Assembly (NCBI RefSeq): GCF_001194135.2
Contig: NC_068983.1
Span: 159,384,175-159,448,174, forward strand
Origin: Octopus bimaculoides
Taxonomy: Eukaryota
Length of the DNA: 64,000 bases
Direction: 5' to 3'
Below the pieces are notes generated by a model that was not told the origin of the DNA, did no database searches, and worked only from the letters and a program-made list of their open reading frames with translations. Each line of letters begins with the position of its first letter. Position 1 is the first letter of the stretch. Positions 25,850 to 37,493 of the stretch are shown in pieces. The position numbers and the translations under genes were made by a program.

Positions 25850-26038
25850 TTAGGATAAAGCCAGCAATTTTGGAGTTAAATTGATGAAGTCGAACCCAGC
25901 GTTCAGTTGGTACTTATTTCATTTATTCTGAAAAGATGAACAGAAAAGTCAGCCAGCGCAATTTGAACTCAAAACGTAATGAAATGCCGCTAAACCTTTT
26001 ATCCAGTGTGGTAATGATTCCGGAGCTCATCACCTTCG
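25850..26038 (-). mobile_element. SINE family B, old copy
   Basis: ttggtacttattt...aatttgaactcaaaacgta similar to 24957-25148. Confidence 0.65.
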
Positions 26039-26320
26039 AGCCTTCATTCATAATGATACATGTGTAATGCATATTTCCGTCTGTAAATCGTCCGGCATTT
26101 TTCAATGCTACCGGTGTATAATTTGCTATTATAGAATCAAATCAAATATAGGAAATTTGCTCCCTGAAAACGGTATATATAAACTTACATAGTGAACTGT
26201 ACAACATAATTTTAAAAATGAGAAATCTGATCTAACTACATTGACTGAAAACTGATTCTCAGAAAAATGGATATAGAATGGTCAAATTATTTGTTTATGA
26301 AGAATTATTTTTTATCTATA

Positions 26321-26763
26321 TCAAAGCGGTGCTTTGGCAAAATCTTTAGTGCATCGAACAAACTTCTTTACAGTATTTCTTTCGGAACTTAATCTTCTGA
26401 GTTCAAATCTTGCCGAAGTTAACTTTGCCTTTCGTCTTTCCGGAGTCGAGAAAATAAGTATCAGTGATTCACTGGGGTTGATATTATTGAATAACGCACT
26501 CTTATAAAGTTGGTTGGTTTTGTGCCCAAAACTAAAACAATTTAGTGCGGTGAACTGTCAGAATCATTAGCATGCCGAGCAAAATACTTAGCAGGATTTC
26601 TTCCGGCTTTCCATTCCGAGTTTAATTGCTGTCGAGATCGACTTTCCCTTTCATTTTCACAGGATCGATAAAATAAAGTAGCATCTGAAAACTGAGTTCG
26701 ATATAATCGACTTCTCCCTCCTCTCAAAATTGTTGGCCTTGTGCCAATATTTGAAACCGTTAT
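26321..26763 (+). mobile_element. Two head-to-tail old SINE family B copies (26321-26543, 26544-26763)
   Basis: Each has a B box (ctgagttcaaat / ccgagtttaatt), the gactttNcctttc box and the ggccttgtgcc-type tail. Confidence 0.7.
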
Positions 26764-27039
26764 TTTACTGATATCATATGGTTGGTGACTAGATTCAAAT
26801 TCGCAACGATCTACAACCATATTCAGTGGTACCACATTAAGACGCTAGTTTAGTTTTAAAAATTCAGGTGTCCCTAAAACGATGTAGCATACGCTCCCAG
26901 GCTAGTTTCGGGAAAACATTTGTTGTGGTGATAGACTGTACCACCCCTTTGTGATTAAAAGGTGGACTTGTCGAACTCTTATAAAGAGTAACGTGTCTCC
27001 TTGAGATAGAGGAAGGCATTAGAGTCGCGCGTGTTGGTA

Positions 27040-28030
27040 GTGGGAAATTATGACTCACCTGGCAAACCTCTTAATGTCGGAGTTGCCGTTATATTTTGAC
27101 CCGAATTTAGGAATAGTAGTGGCATCAGAAACTAGTAAAAGTAGTATTGGGGCTGTGATTTTACACAAATATGAAGGTTGCATACTGAAAGCTGTAGCTC
27201 ATGCTTCGCGTTCATTATTGCTGGTTGAGAAAAGTTACAGTTAAATAGAGAATGAAAAGAAATTCCATAAATTTATACATAGTAGAAGATTCCGTTTGCG
27301 GATAAACCACCGCCTATTATTCTCGATCTATGGTTAAAAAAAGGTACTCCTACACATACAACCAACAGATTTCAGAGCTGGGTAACGATCCTACTGAATT
27401 ATGACTTCAAGATGGAGTATTTAACACCTAAAAAGTTGGGACATGTAGATGGTTAACCATTAGAAAACACAGTGATAGCGGCTTTAAGAGCCAAAAATGA
27501 ATAAAAAGTATATTGTACAACGTTGTGCGTGAATTGTCTGTCATATTGGAGGAAATTAAAATTAAAGCAAAGGTGGACGAGTTTATCGTGAAAATGAAAA
27601 AAAAAATAGTGCGATCAAAAGAAACAAATAAAGAAATACGTGTTGCTGTGCTGGACAAAACACAGTTTCGAACTTGTATTCGATATGTGATAATGTGCTT
27701 ATATGTGATAATGTGCTTATATGTGATAATGTGCTTATATATGCACAGAGGGACGTAATTCCTATCTCGTTACAAAATCGAATGTCAAAGGAATTCCCCG
27801 CTGGATATCCAGGAATTTCTAGGATGAAGTTACTTATAAGGAGTTATATTTACTAGCCAGAAATGGCTCTAAATATTGAGAAGTTGGTAAAATCCTGTAG
27901 AAGTTGTGCTCTTGCAGCGAAATCACCACCTAAAAAATTTGAACCTTGGCCCATGGCTGGTCCATGGACCAGGCTAGACAAAGACTTTGTAGGACTATTA
28001 AACGGATCATATTATCTAATAGTGGTAAAA
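27040..28030 (+). mobile_element. Ty3/Gypsy LTR retrotransposon pol fragment (RNase H and integrase N-terminus), decayed
   Basis: YFDPNLGIVVASETSKSSIGAVILHKY...AHASRSLLLVEKSYS*IE; GYPGISRMKLLIRSYIY; IEKLVKSCRSCALAAKSPP...PWTRLDKDFVGLLNGSYYLIVV. Confidence 0.9.
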
Positions 28031-28232
28031 GATTCGAAATGGGAACATAATGTGAATGCGTTGCTTTACTCCCGTTTCGTTAAAACCATATACATCCGCA
28101 ACCAAGGATATAAAAACATTTATCTGGAGAAGACTCAGAGTAGCAGAGTGGGATTTAAATTTCTTCATTAATTCTGGTGATCCAGTATGCTCTGCAATAA
28201 ACTGGGACTTCCTTATATAGTCGCAACCAAGA

Positions 28233-28269
<37 letters not shown>

Positions 28270-29329
28270 CTTCATAGTTTTATGGCTACTAATTGATTGC
28301 ATAATCTCGTTTGATTAAAAATCTTCAAGTCATTTTATTGGGTATTTGAGATCGTACATTACTTGTATTTAGTATGCGCAACAATGCTCCTGAGTTATTT
28401 TCTCAGCCATATTGTAAGTAGGTATCATTTTAAGATAGAGCTCCCTACCGACTGTAAGCAGCTGTAATATTTATGGGAGTTTTGAAGATTTCTCTGCCAA
28501 TCTGAAATTTTACTACTGGTACAAGTATGTGAGATGCTTCTGAAAAGTCAATGAGGATAAAAGACCCCAACTGATGGATGCATCTGACTAGGAAAAGCCA
28601 TAGAAGCTGGCTTTGTTTCTTATCACAACATTCATCGAGTGTTATATATATTGTTAAACAATATGAAGCGGAATCGATCTTCACAGGTTTATTACGAATT
28701 TTGTACAGCAAATGGGAAGAATGTAAGAAGGTTCAATTGGAATGAGTTAGGAGTTGAAGACAAGGAATTTTAAGTAGGAATGGAATTTAAAACCATTTAG
28801 TTGAATCTATAAATATTGTAAAAATACGTGTCCATAAGTGCATGAATGTGTGTTTGGCGTATGTATAGGTTATGTGCTTTAGGTGTGTATAGCTTAGAAA
28901 ATACACATACTACATACACACTAATAAATATACACATGATAACACACATGCTTACACTAATAGATATACACATTATAATACACAAGCTCGCACTATATTC
29001 TCTCAATTGTCTTTTCCGTTACTATAAGGTTTCTACTATTTAAACTTTTAAATTAAATGGTAGTGTTACAGCATACATAAGCACACACATACATGCATAC
29101 GTGTGCACATATATATGTCTGTGTGTGAGTGTGTGAGTATGTGTGTGTATGTAAGTGTATATGTGAGTGTACATACGTGCGTGTGTGTGTGTGGATATGT
29201 GTGTGTACATATAAAAGTAAAATATAGCACAGGAGTGTGACAAAACAGAAAATGGGGAAAAATTACAGTGGACGAAGACACTCAATTTCACAGTTGTCAA
29301 CCAAAAGTCATTACAATTTCAACACCTAT

Positions 29330-29359
29330 ATACATATATATATACACACACACACACAC

Positions 29360-29408
<49 letters not shown>

Positions 29409-29440
29409 TGTATGTATGTATGTGCGTGTGGGTGTGGGTG
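29330..29440. repeat. (CA)n(TA)n(TATG)n compound microsatellite
   Basis: Directly visible. Confidence 0.9.
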
Positions 29441-32139
29441 TCTTTAATGATTTACTTTGATTATAAGTATCCAATATAAGATATACTTCGATCTCAGTAC
29501 GCTTGCACATTTTAGTAATCAGTTAATGATCCGGATGATCATTTCTTATCACATGCAAACAAATAGCTGTGGTTAAATTTTTTGCGTTTTATTTTAATTA
29601 AAATGGTTTTATTGGCTTCTAGGTTGGAGTTTAACTGCAATTTTTGTGTTTGTATTAAAAATGGACGTATTTGTTTCTGGATAGTGAGCCAGTCTACTGG
29701 AAATAATTTAGATAGCGAGAAAAACTATAGCATTATATCGTACTTGCATAATTCATGGTATACCGTGAAGTAGGTTCAAAAGGTTTGGTTTGCCTACACT
29801 CTCCTCTGTATAAAACAGAAACAGATAAATAAAATATTCTATGTATTTTTTCTGAACTTTAAAAAATTCTCTACACTGTCTTGAAAATAGGAAGATCTCT
29901 TGAGATTTGAAGTTAAGTGTTGTTTTACAGTATAAATATAAATAGATCACAATAATAGCGGGAAAGACAACAGCTAGAATTGTCGTCCACCGAGCTAAAT
30001 ATTTGCTGATAAGGCGCCAACTAAACAAAACAATACTAAAACAGCCAGATATATGAAGAGAAAATAATTTTTCCTTGGAAAACGTCTTATATGTTCATTT
30101 TTAATATATTTTACCGCACATCCGTTATGAATATGAGATATTGTACCTCTGTAAAAATCAATGTATTTTATCTAATATTTCTCATATTTTCTTTTCGTAT
30201 ATTGTTTTCCAAAGTCCATGTTATTGACGTTTGAAACCTGTGATTTCATATGCAGCATAAGACGTCTGTGAAGGTTGATATTTTTTGTGATGTCTATTAA
30301 TTTAAAGAAAAATATTTACTATAGGCTGTTATGAAAAGTGTGATGATTGGCAGAAAGCATTAGTGGAGAAATATTAATGCATTCTCCATGTTTGTGCGTT
30401 GGGGGTTAGAGTTTATTTAGTTACGATTATCTCGAAAGATAAGCGTAGTGTTTTTTTTTTGTGACGGTTCCATAAAGATTGATTGTGCAAAACATTGGTG
30501 TTCGCATATGATTCTGTGCATTATATTTTTAAAAGAGTCCAATGCAACTATTGCTTATTGTAGTGACATATTATACTACAAAATTCATTTAACTATCATT
30601 TTTCACTGCAACTCTAGTTACTATATGCACAGTTCTCGGGAAAAAAGAAAGCAAAACGAAATAGACTGCAAACTGGCTGATGAAGTTGCCATGGTTTCTC
30701 TACTTAAGTGCACGCTGGATTATTTATACGTGGCAGTCGTAATTTATATAAAGGAAAACAGAGTAGTTTCTACATGGGTTATATTATTTCTTTCATAAAA
30801 TCTCGCATGACTGCACAAAAAAGTCATTGGATGCTTAATGAATTACTTCACTCGGAAAGAAAAATTATCGTATTCGAGATAAACAGAAAATTGTTTATTA
30901 CCTTTTTCAGAATTAGTTTCGAAAATGTAAACATAGCAAAGGTTAAAAACATAAAAATAAATTATTTACGCCTGTTTTATCAAAACATTAAGGTACACAC
31001 ACACACACACACACANNNNNNNNNNCACACACATACACACACACACGCACACACACACACATCTATAAGCATTGTAATAGTCAATATATTCATAGTTTCC
31101 ATTATTGAAATCTCTTATTTGTGAATCTGTTTCTCCCTGATGAGAAAACCTAAAGCAAATTAACATATACATTACCGAGAATAGGACAAAAGGAAATTAA
31201 AAGACCTAGTATTCAGCAACATGACACTTCAGATAATAAATATGAAGCAGTTAATTTTAAAAAGAAACTATCATTTATAAAGTATTATCTATCATTAGAG
31301 GATAATTTGGAGATTCGGTTTACTTGTAAATTGTCGGGGCACATTCTCTAATCTAACTGACACCCACATGAGCAATAACAAGCGAGTAGATTACCGAAAG
31401 ACAGACCGATGTGTCTATCTTTTACAGTTTCTTGACAGGTAGGACTTACTCGTATTAGCAAACAACACAAGAAACCAGCCGGTGACCATTGATTTCCAGA
31501 TTTATTCGCTGCAGGATTCCTCATGTCAATCAGAAACTATTCTGCAGCTTGCTTTCCCATTTCATTTCTTCACCACTATGAATCTCAAACACATTATAGA
31601 AATTTAAAACCAAAAGTAAAGGAAATTAAGCAGGGTACTTCTTATCGTTAACAAGCTTCATCTCTGGCAGCAACACTACAAATCATCTATTTCATTGCAA
31701 GTTTGTATCGTCTTCTTATTCTTGATGTAAATCTCTTATTATATATTTTTCACACATGTCACTTCCCATTAGTCAAACTCCTCCTTTTAGAATATAGAAA
31801 TCGTAATGTCTCTGCAAAATTTTCATATTTATTTAAATATTACGGCACACTTTGCAAATGGTTTATATGTTTTTGAATAATCTTTTATCGAAGTCTAAAC
31901 CCATTTTTCCGTTTTGCAAATGTTTTCGAATCACTTCAAATTTGTAAAGAGTATATATTCTCTTACTTCCTCTACATCAGTTGCACACTCACAAACACAC
32001 CCACAAATACGTGCAGACATCTACAGACACTCGCCGCGTAAAATCATCATAGATAAAAGGAACCTCCGTCAGTTTCGATGACAATAATTTCAATAGTTTA
32101 AACAAGTGAACAATCTACTCATATTTCATTTCAAGAGGC

Positions 32140-32345
32140 TGAGCGTTCCACAAAGATGCATATGCTTAATGTCATTCTCGGGTAGGCTCCATGACCTCCA
32201 AAATACAGAATATGGCATAGTTAGCGTTCATCTGGTCGATATCAATAGTGTAAATAAATGATTATTTTACAAATATCTTTACTTTTTAGAAATCATCCGA
32301 CAGCATCCACGTGGCTCAATGTATAATAAGGCTGGCTCTTCGAAG
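32140..32345 (-). mobile_element. Fragments of SINE C-type 3' body
   Basis: ggctgagcgttccac...ttaatgtcattctcggg and aaggctggctcttcgaa match 9270-9360 degenerately. Confidence 0.45.
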
Positions 32346-32495
32346 TATATACATAGTCTATTTGACGGGCTTTTAAGCACTTTTCCGGTGTCGTTTTTAT
32401 TTACGAGACTTGATACGAGGCTACAGTTAAGTAACTGTCACTCTCACTCTATAGTCACGCGCACACACAGACACACATACACACAGACACACGCG

Positions 32496-32554
<59 letters not shown>

Positions 32555-33642
32555 NNNNNNNNNNNNNNNNNNNNNNNNNNNNNNNNNNNNNNNNNNNNNN
32601 NNNNNNNNNNNNNNNNNNNNNNNNNNNNNNNNNNNNNNNNNNNNNNNNNNNNNNNNNNNNNNNNNNNNNNNNNNNNNNNNNNNNNNNNNNNNNNNNNNNN
32701 NNNNNNNNNNNNNNNNNNNNNNNNNNNNNNNNNNNNNNNNNNNNNNNNNNNNNNNNNNNNNNNNNNNNNNNNNNNNNNNNNNNNNNNNNNNNNNNNNNNN
32801 NNNNNNNNNNNNNNNNNNNNNNNNNNNNNNNNNNNNNNNNNNNNNNNNNNNNNNNNNNNNNNNNNNNNNNNNNNNNNNNNNNNNNNNNNNNNNNNNNNNN
32901 NNNNNNNNNNNNNNNNNNNNNNNNNNNNNNNNNNNNNNNNNNNNNNNNNNNNNNNNNNNNNNNNNNNNNNNNNNNNNNNNNNNNNNNNNNNNNNNNNNNN
33001 NNNNNNNNNNNNNNNNNNNNNNNNNNNNNNNNNNNNNNNNNNNNNNNNNNNNNNNNNNNNNNNNNAAAAACAAAAGACGATGACAGGTGTTATGAACAAC
33101 GAGCAAGTGTATTAGTTTGACACTCGGGAAAGTGAGAAAGTATTCTACGCTTCGAGCCTATGCTCTTCAGCAGAAAGGAATAAGAGAAAATAAACTGAGA
33201 ATATAAAAAAAACTTGTGGATTTAGAGGTCAAGGATGGCGACTAGCTGGAAAAAAAGATTTGATAGAAGAGGTAGAAAGAAGAGATAATAAAGTATTGGT
33301 GATTCCAAAATGAAGATGCACATTTGTGTGTGCATGTGAGAATGTGTAAGTGTGTGTGTGTGTGGATAGGGGCTAGTGACTTTGAGGTGTGTTGATGTGT
33401 GCGTCTGTAATATGTGGGTGTGCGGATGATGGTGTGTAGGTGTGCAGATGATGGTGTGGGTGCTGGGAAGTGGTCAGTGCTAGTGTGTGTGAAGTGGTGT
33501 GGGGTGGTGTGATGTGATGTGGTGGTGTGATGTGATGTGGTGGTGTATTATGTGGTGTGGGGATGTGGTGGTAGGGGTGTACTGGTGTGAAATGGGGATG
33601 TGGATGTGGGGTGGAGGTGGAAGAAGTATCAGTGAAGAAAGA

Positions 33643-33761
33643 AGGTAGGTAGGAGTGAAGAGAGGAAGTTGGTGTCAAAGGAAGAGAGGAGAGGTAGGTA
33701 GGAGTGAAGAGAGGAAGTTGGTGTCAAAGGAAGAGAGGAGAGGTAGGTAGGAGTGAAGAGA
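33643..33761. repeat. 49-bp tandem repeat (~2.4 copies) within PLE 3' UTR
   Basis: Identical units start at 33643, 33692 and 33741. Confidence 0.9.
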
Positions 33762-33922
33762 AACAGTAGGTGTCAGATGAAGAAAAGAGAAGAGGGGAGT
33801 CAGATGAAGAAAGGAGGGGAGTTGAGCCCATGTGGCGCAAAGGAGCGAAGAGAGAAGATTAATTCCTGTTCACGGCGAAGACGGGAGTCCGGATGGCCAC
33901 TGTGCAAAGACAATCCGAACGA

Positions 33923-34302
33923 AGGCGGTGAGCTGGCAGAAACGTTAGCACACCGGGCAAAATGCTTAGCGGTATTTCGTCTGCCATTACGTTCTGAGTT
34001 CAAATTCCGCCAAGGTAGGCTTTGCCTTTCATCCTTTCGGGGTCGATAAATTAAGTACCAGTTACGCACTGGGGTCGATGTAATCGACTTAATCCCTTTG
34101 TCTGTCCTTATTTGTTCCCTCTATGTTTAGCCCCTTGTGGGCAATAAAGAAATAAGAAACGTTAGCACGCCGGACGAAATGCTTAGCAGTATTTCGTCTG
34201 TCCTTACGTTCTGAGTTCAAATTCCGCTAAGGTCGACTTTGCCTTTCATCCTTTCGGGGTCGATAAATTATGTACTAGTTGCGTACTGGGGTCGATCTTA
34301 TC
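33923..34302 (+). mobile_element. SINE family B head-to-tail dimer
   Basis: Monomer 1 at 33923-34155 ends in aataaagaaataa; monomer 2 starts at agaaacgttagc and runs into the gap. Confidence 0.92.
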
Positions 34303-35200
34303 NNNNNNNNNNNNNNNNNNNNNNNNNNNNNNNNNNNNNNNNNNNNNNNNNNNNNNNNNNNNNNNNNNNNNNNNNNNNNNNNNNNNNNNNNNNNNNNNNN
34401 NNNNNNNNNNNNNNNNNNNNNNNNNNNNNNNNNNNNNNNNNNNNNNNNGAGTCTGATGTATCGGAGGTGCTTCCCGAACCAGTCAGCCAAGCGGCGTCCC
34501 ATTTGACCGATGAACAAAGAAGGGCAGAAAGAGCAGGGAATGCAGTAAATGACGTTGCTCGAAGTGCAGGTAAAAGTGTCGGTGATATAATAGGGACGAT
34601 GTTGGGAGCCTGTGAGGAGGGTGGTTTTAGAGCGGTATGGGCAAGTGCCGGAGCATGGCCGGGAGTAGGGGAACGAGCCAGGTTGGGAGGTGGGGTTAGG
34701 GAAGAAACTATAGACTAGGATGTCACGCAAGTTGTGGGCTCGTTTGAAGGAAGGACGGGGTAGGTTGGGGAAGATGTGCGAGGGGGAGAGGTGAGACAGG
34801 CGTTGCTAGAATGTTCGCAGAATGGTGCGTTGGAGGGGCAGGGTGGAGAAGTGGTAGGTGAGAAGACGGGCAACGGCGGGGTGGGTGCGGTGCGAGACAG
34901 TAGAGGCACAGTCCACGGAACGTGCTCTGGCAAGGGCTGTGTAGATAGTGGTGAGGGAATATCCACGAAGAATGAAGTAGCCAGAGAGTTTCTTGGTTTG
35001 ATGCAGAGGAACTCGCAGAAAAACGTTCCTCAAACCACTCCCTGTCGTCTTAAAAAACAGAGACAATTAAAACACAGTCCGAAGTACACTTTGTCTGAAA
35101 GGGAAAAATGATGTGAGTAGAAATGTTGCCACAAAATATTGCAGTCCTGTTAGATGTGATTTCATCTAGCAGGACTGCAGATGAAAGGATAACGCTTTTA

Positions 35201-35251
35201 TCCAGCATGGCCGCTGTCAAATGACTGAAACAAGTAATAGAATAAGAGTAA
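35201..35251 (+). mobile_element. SINE family A 3' tail
   Basis: ccagcatggccgctgtcaaatgactgaaacaagtaa. Confidence 0.8.
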
Positions 35252-35267
35252 ATGAATATATACAAAC

Positions 35268-35320
<53 letters not shown>

Positions 35321-35364
35321 NNNNNNNNNNNNNNNNNNNNNNNNNNNNNNNNNNNNNNNNNNNN

Positions 35365-35413
<49 letters not shown>

Positions 35414-36410
35414 TAAGCACGCGTGTGCACTCATTAATTTATGAGACAGAAATAAGATTTACGCACCCCTGTTCGATTAAGTTGGTGTGTACCACGTAAC
35501 ATTTCCGATTATTTTATAGACCAGATTTTAGATGGTATTCGTATTCATGGTATTGGCTTCTTGATAGTGTCTTGCTGTAGTACTGTGCGGTCCTGTAAAT
35601 GTGACTTGGTTAGAATATAACGGATTTACATTTTTACTGATGTTTATTGGTAAAATATCTGATAGTGTTTAATGAATGACAGGCTTGATTGTTGATATCC
35701 ACCAAGTATTCTTTGGCGTTTATTGAAGATTTCATATGATTCAGAGTATAGTTTAATCGTCACTTGTAGGGAATTTACCGCTGTAACATTCGGTTCAACT
35801 GTCTCTCTCAGATGAAATTTGTTAAATGTAATTATTCCCTCCTTGCGTGTATCAACTTTGTATTCGTGCCTGCTACTGAAAATCAGCAACACAATAAGAA
35901 GCTACATATTGGTTACTAACCTTAAAATTCATGAGTCGCTTGCACCAGTATAACAACTGTTTCCTTTACCGCCACCTGAAAAACACCACAGCACTTTCAA
36001 AGTATATTTGCAAATCTAGAGAGAAAGGAGAAATAATTAACATCTCATAAGTACTATTAGATATGGTACTGACATTTAAAACCTTATCAAAGTGCTGTGA
36101 CTTCTGAATTAGCAATCTCCACCTTACGGCACACTTAAAAAAATAGAAGAAAAAAGACAACTAATACGACTTTTCAAGAAGTGCTTAAACTCCTTCTTGA
36201 GAAAATACTCTACATACATGGTAGACGACAAGCGACAATCCGAACCTCTGACTCTGCCTGGAATCATTAAAACACGTTCCAAAATGGGGATGTATTCAGT
36301 CGACAAAACGAAACATTAGTTGAGTTATATAATTAATGCTTTTCTCACACCAGCACGCACGCACGCTAGCACATGCACCTCCCATACACACATACATATT
36401 CATACATATA

Positions 36411-37493
36411 TTGGGTCATCCCATAAATAATGCGTTTTTTTCAATTGCATGAAATAAAAGTCGGAGGGCATGGGATAAACTAACTGCATTAACTTGCTAT
36501 AAAAGCAGGTAGTAATTTTACCTTGGTCTTGCTCTTAGTGCAAGTTTTGAAAACTGCAGTTCAATGTTAACAGTTATTTTTTCAAAACTGTGATTCCAGA
36601 AATTCCGTGCCGGAAACTGCATCCTAGAAGACAATCTGTATAGCTCGATGAGGACGTCCTGCAAACCCTGGTAGAACATAATCCCATTGTAACTGTTAAG
36701 AAACTAGCATAGAAGCTTGGATTTGGCCATTCAACCATTCATCGACATCAGTGTGCCATCGGAAAAGTCAGAAAATTGGGTCAATGGGTTCCTCACAGGT
36801 TTTCCGAGTTTAATCGCGCGCAGAGAGTGAATGCATGCTCTTCTTTGCTGTCACATTTCATGACTGGAACTTTTTTGAATTGGATAGTGACTGGTGAGTG
36901 GTGATGAGAAATGGGTTCACTATAAAAATGTCAAGACAATGGGTGGGGAAAGGAGAAACATCAGCAGCTCAGGCTAAAGGAAACCTTCACCCAAGTAAAG
37001 TGTTGTTTATCTGTTTGCTGGGATATGAAATGTTTTGTCCACCTTGAACTTTTAAACCCAAACCAAACGATAAAACAAAGGAAATCTACTGCGAGCGGCT
37101 TGAGCGGCTTAAGTCAGCGCTAAAAAAGAAAACGACTATCTTTGGTTTCAAAACGAAAGATGTTCTTCTATCAGGATAATGCTCGGCCACATACAGCGAA
37201 GATGACATTCCAAAGGCTGGAGCTGTTTGAGTGGCAGATTATGCCCCGCCCACCATATTCGCCGGGACATTGCCTCATCTGATAATTTATTCCGCAGTCT
37301 TCAAAATCATTTTGAGGGGGAAAAATATAAATTCCGTTGATACGGACAAGAGAGCCCTTGCAAGTCTACTAAATAGATAGAAGAGCATTTCCGAAAATGA
37401 AGGAGAGTATTTTTTAGATTAAAAAGAACTTTATCTTAATTTTGAAAAATAAAAGAAGTATAAAAAAAACGTATTATTCATGGGATAACCCAA
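36411..37493 (+). mobile_element. Mariner (DD34D) element with both TIRs and TA TSD, N-terminally deleted, frameshifted transposase
   Basis: TIRs ttgggtcatcccataaataatgcgttt / revcomp ttgggttatcccatgaataatacgttt; TA on both flanks; motifs KLGQWVPH, DEKW, QDNARPHTA, PPYSP. Confidence 0.93.

Larger units (their letters stand above)
33070..35010 (-). mobile_element. Penelope-like element, Neptune-type thumb, Zn-linker, GIY-YIG and 3' UTR, interrupted by a SINE dimer and a gap
   Basis: KKLSGYFILRGYS...LTYHFSTLPLQRTILRTF; PGSFPYSRPCSGTCPY...FTCTSSNVIYCIPCSFCPSLFIGQMGRRLADWFGKHLR; resumes at 33922 with LSLHSGHPDSRLRREQELIFSLRSFAPHGLN. Confidence 0.9.

Noticed and set aside
28445-28711. ORF with FILIDFSEA resembling L2 RT LLDLSAAF; similarly an L1-like hint at 1640-1760
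   Set aside because: Single weak motifs, insufficient to call.
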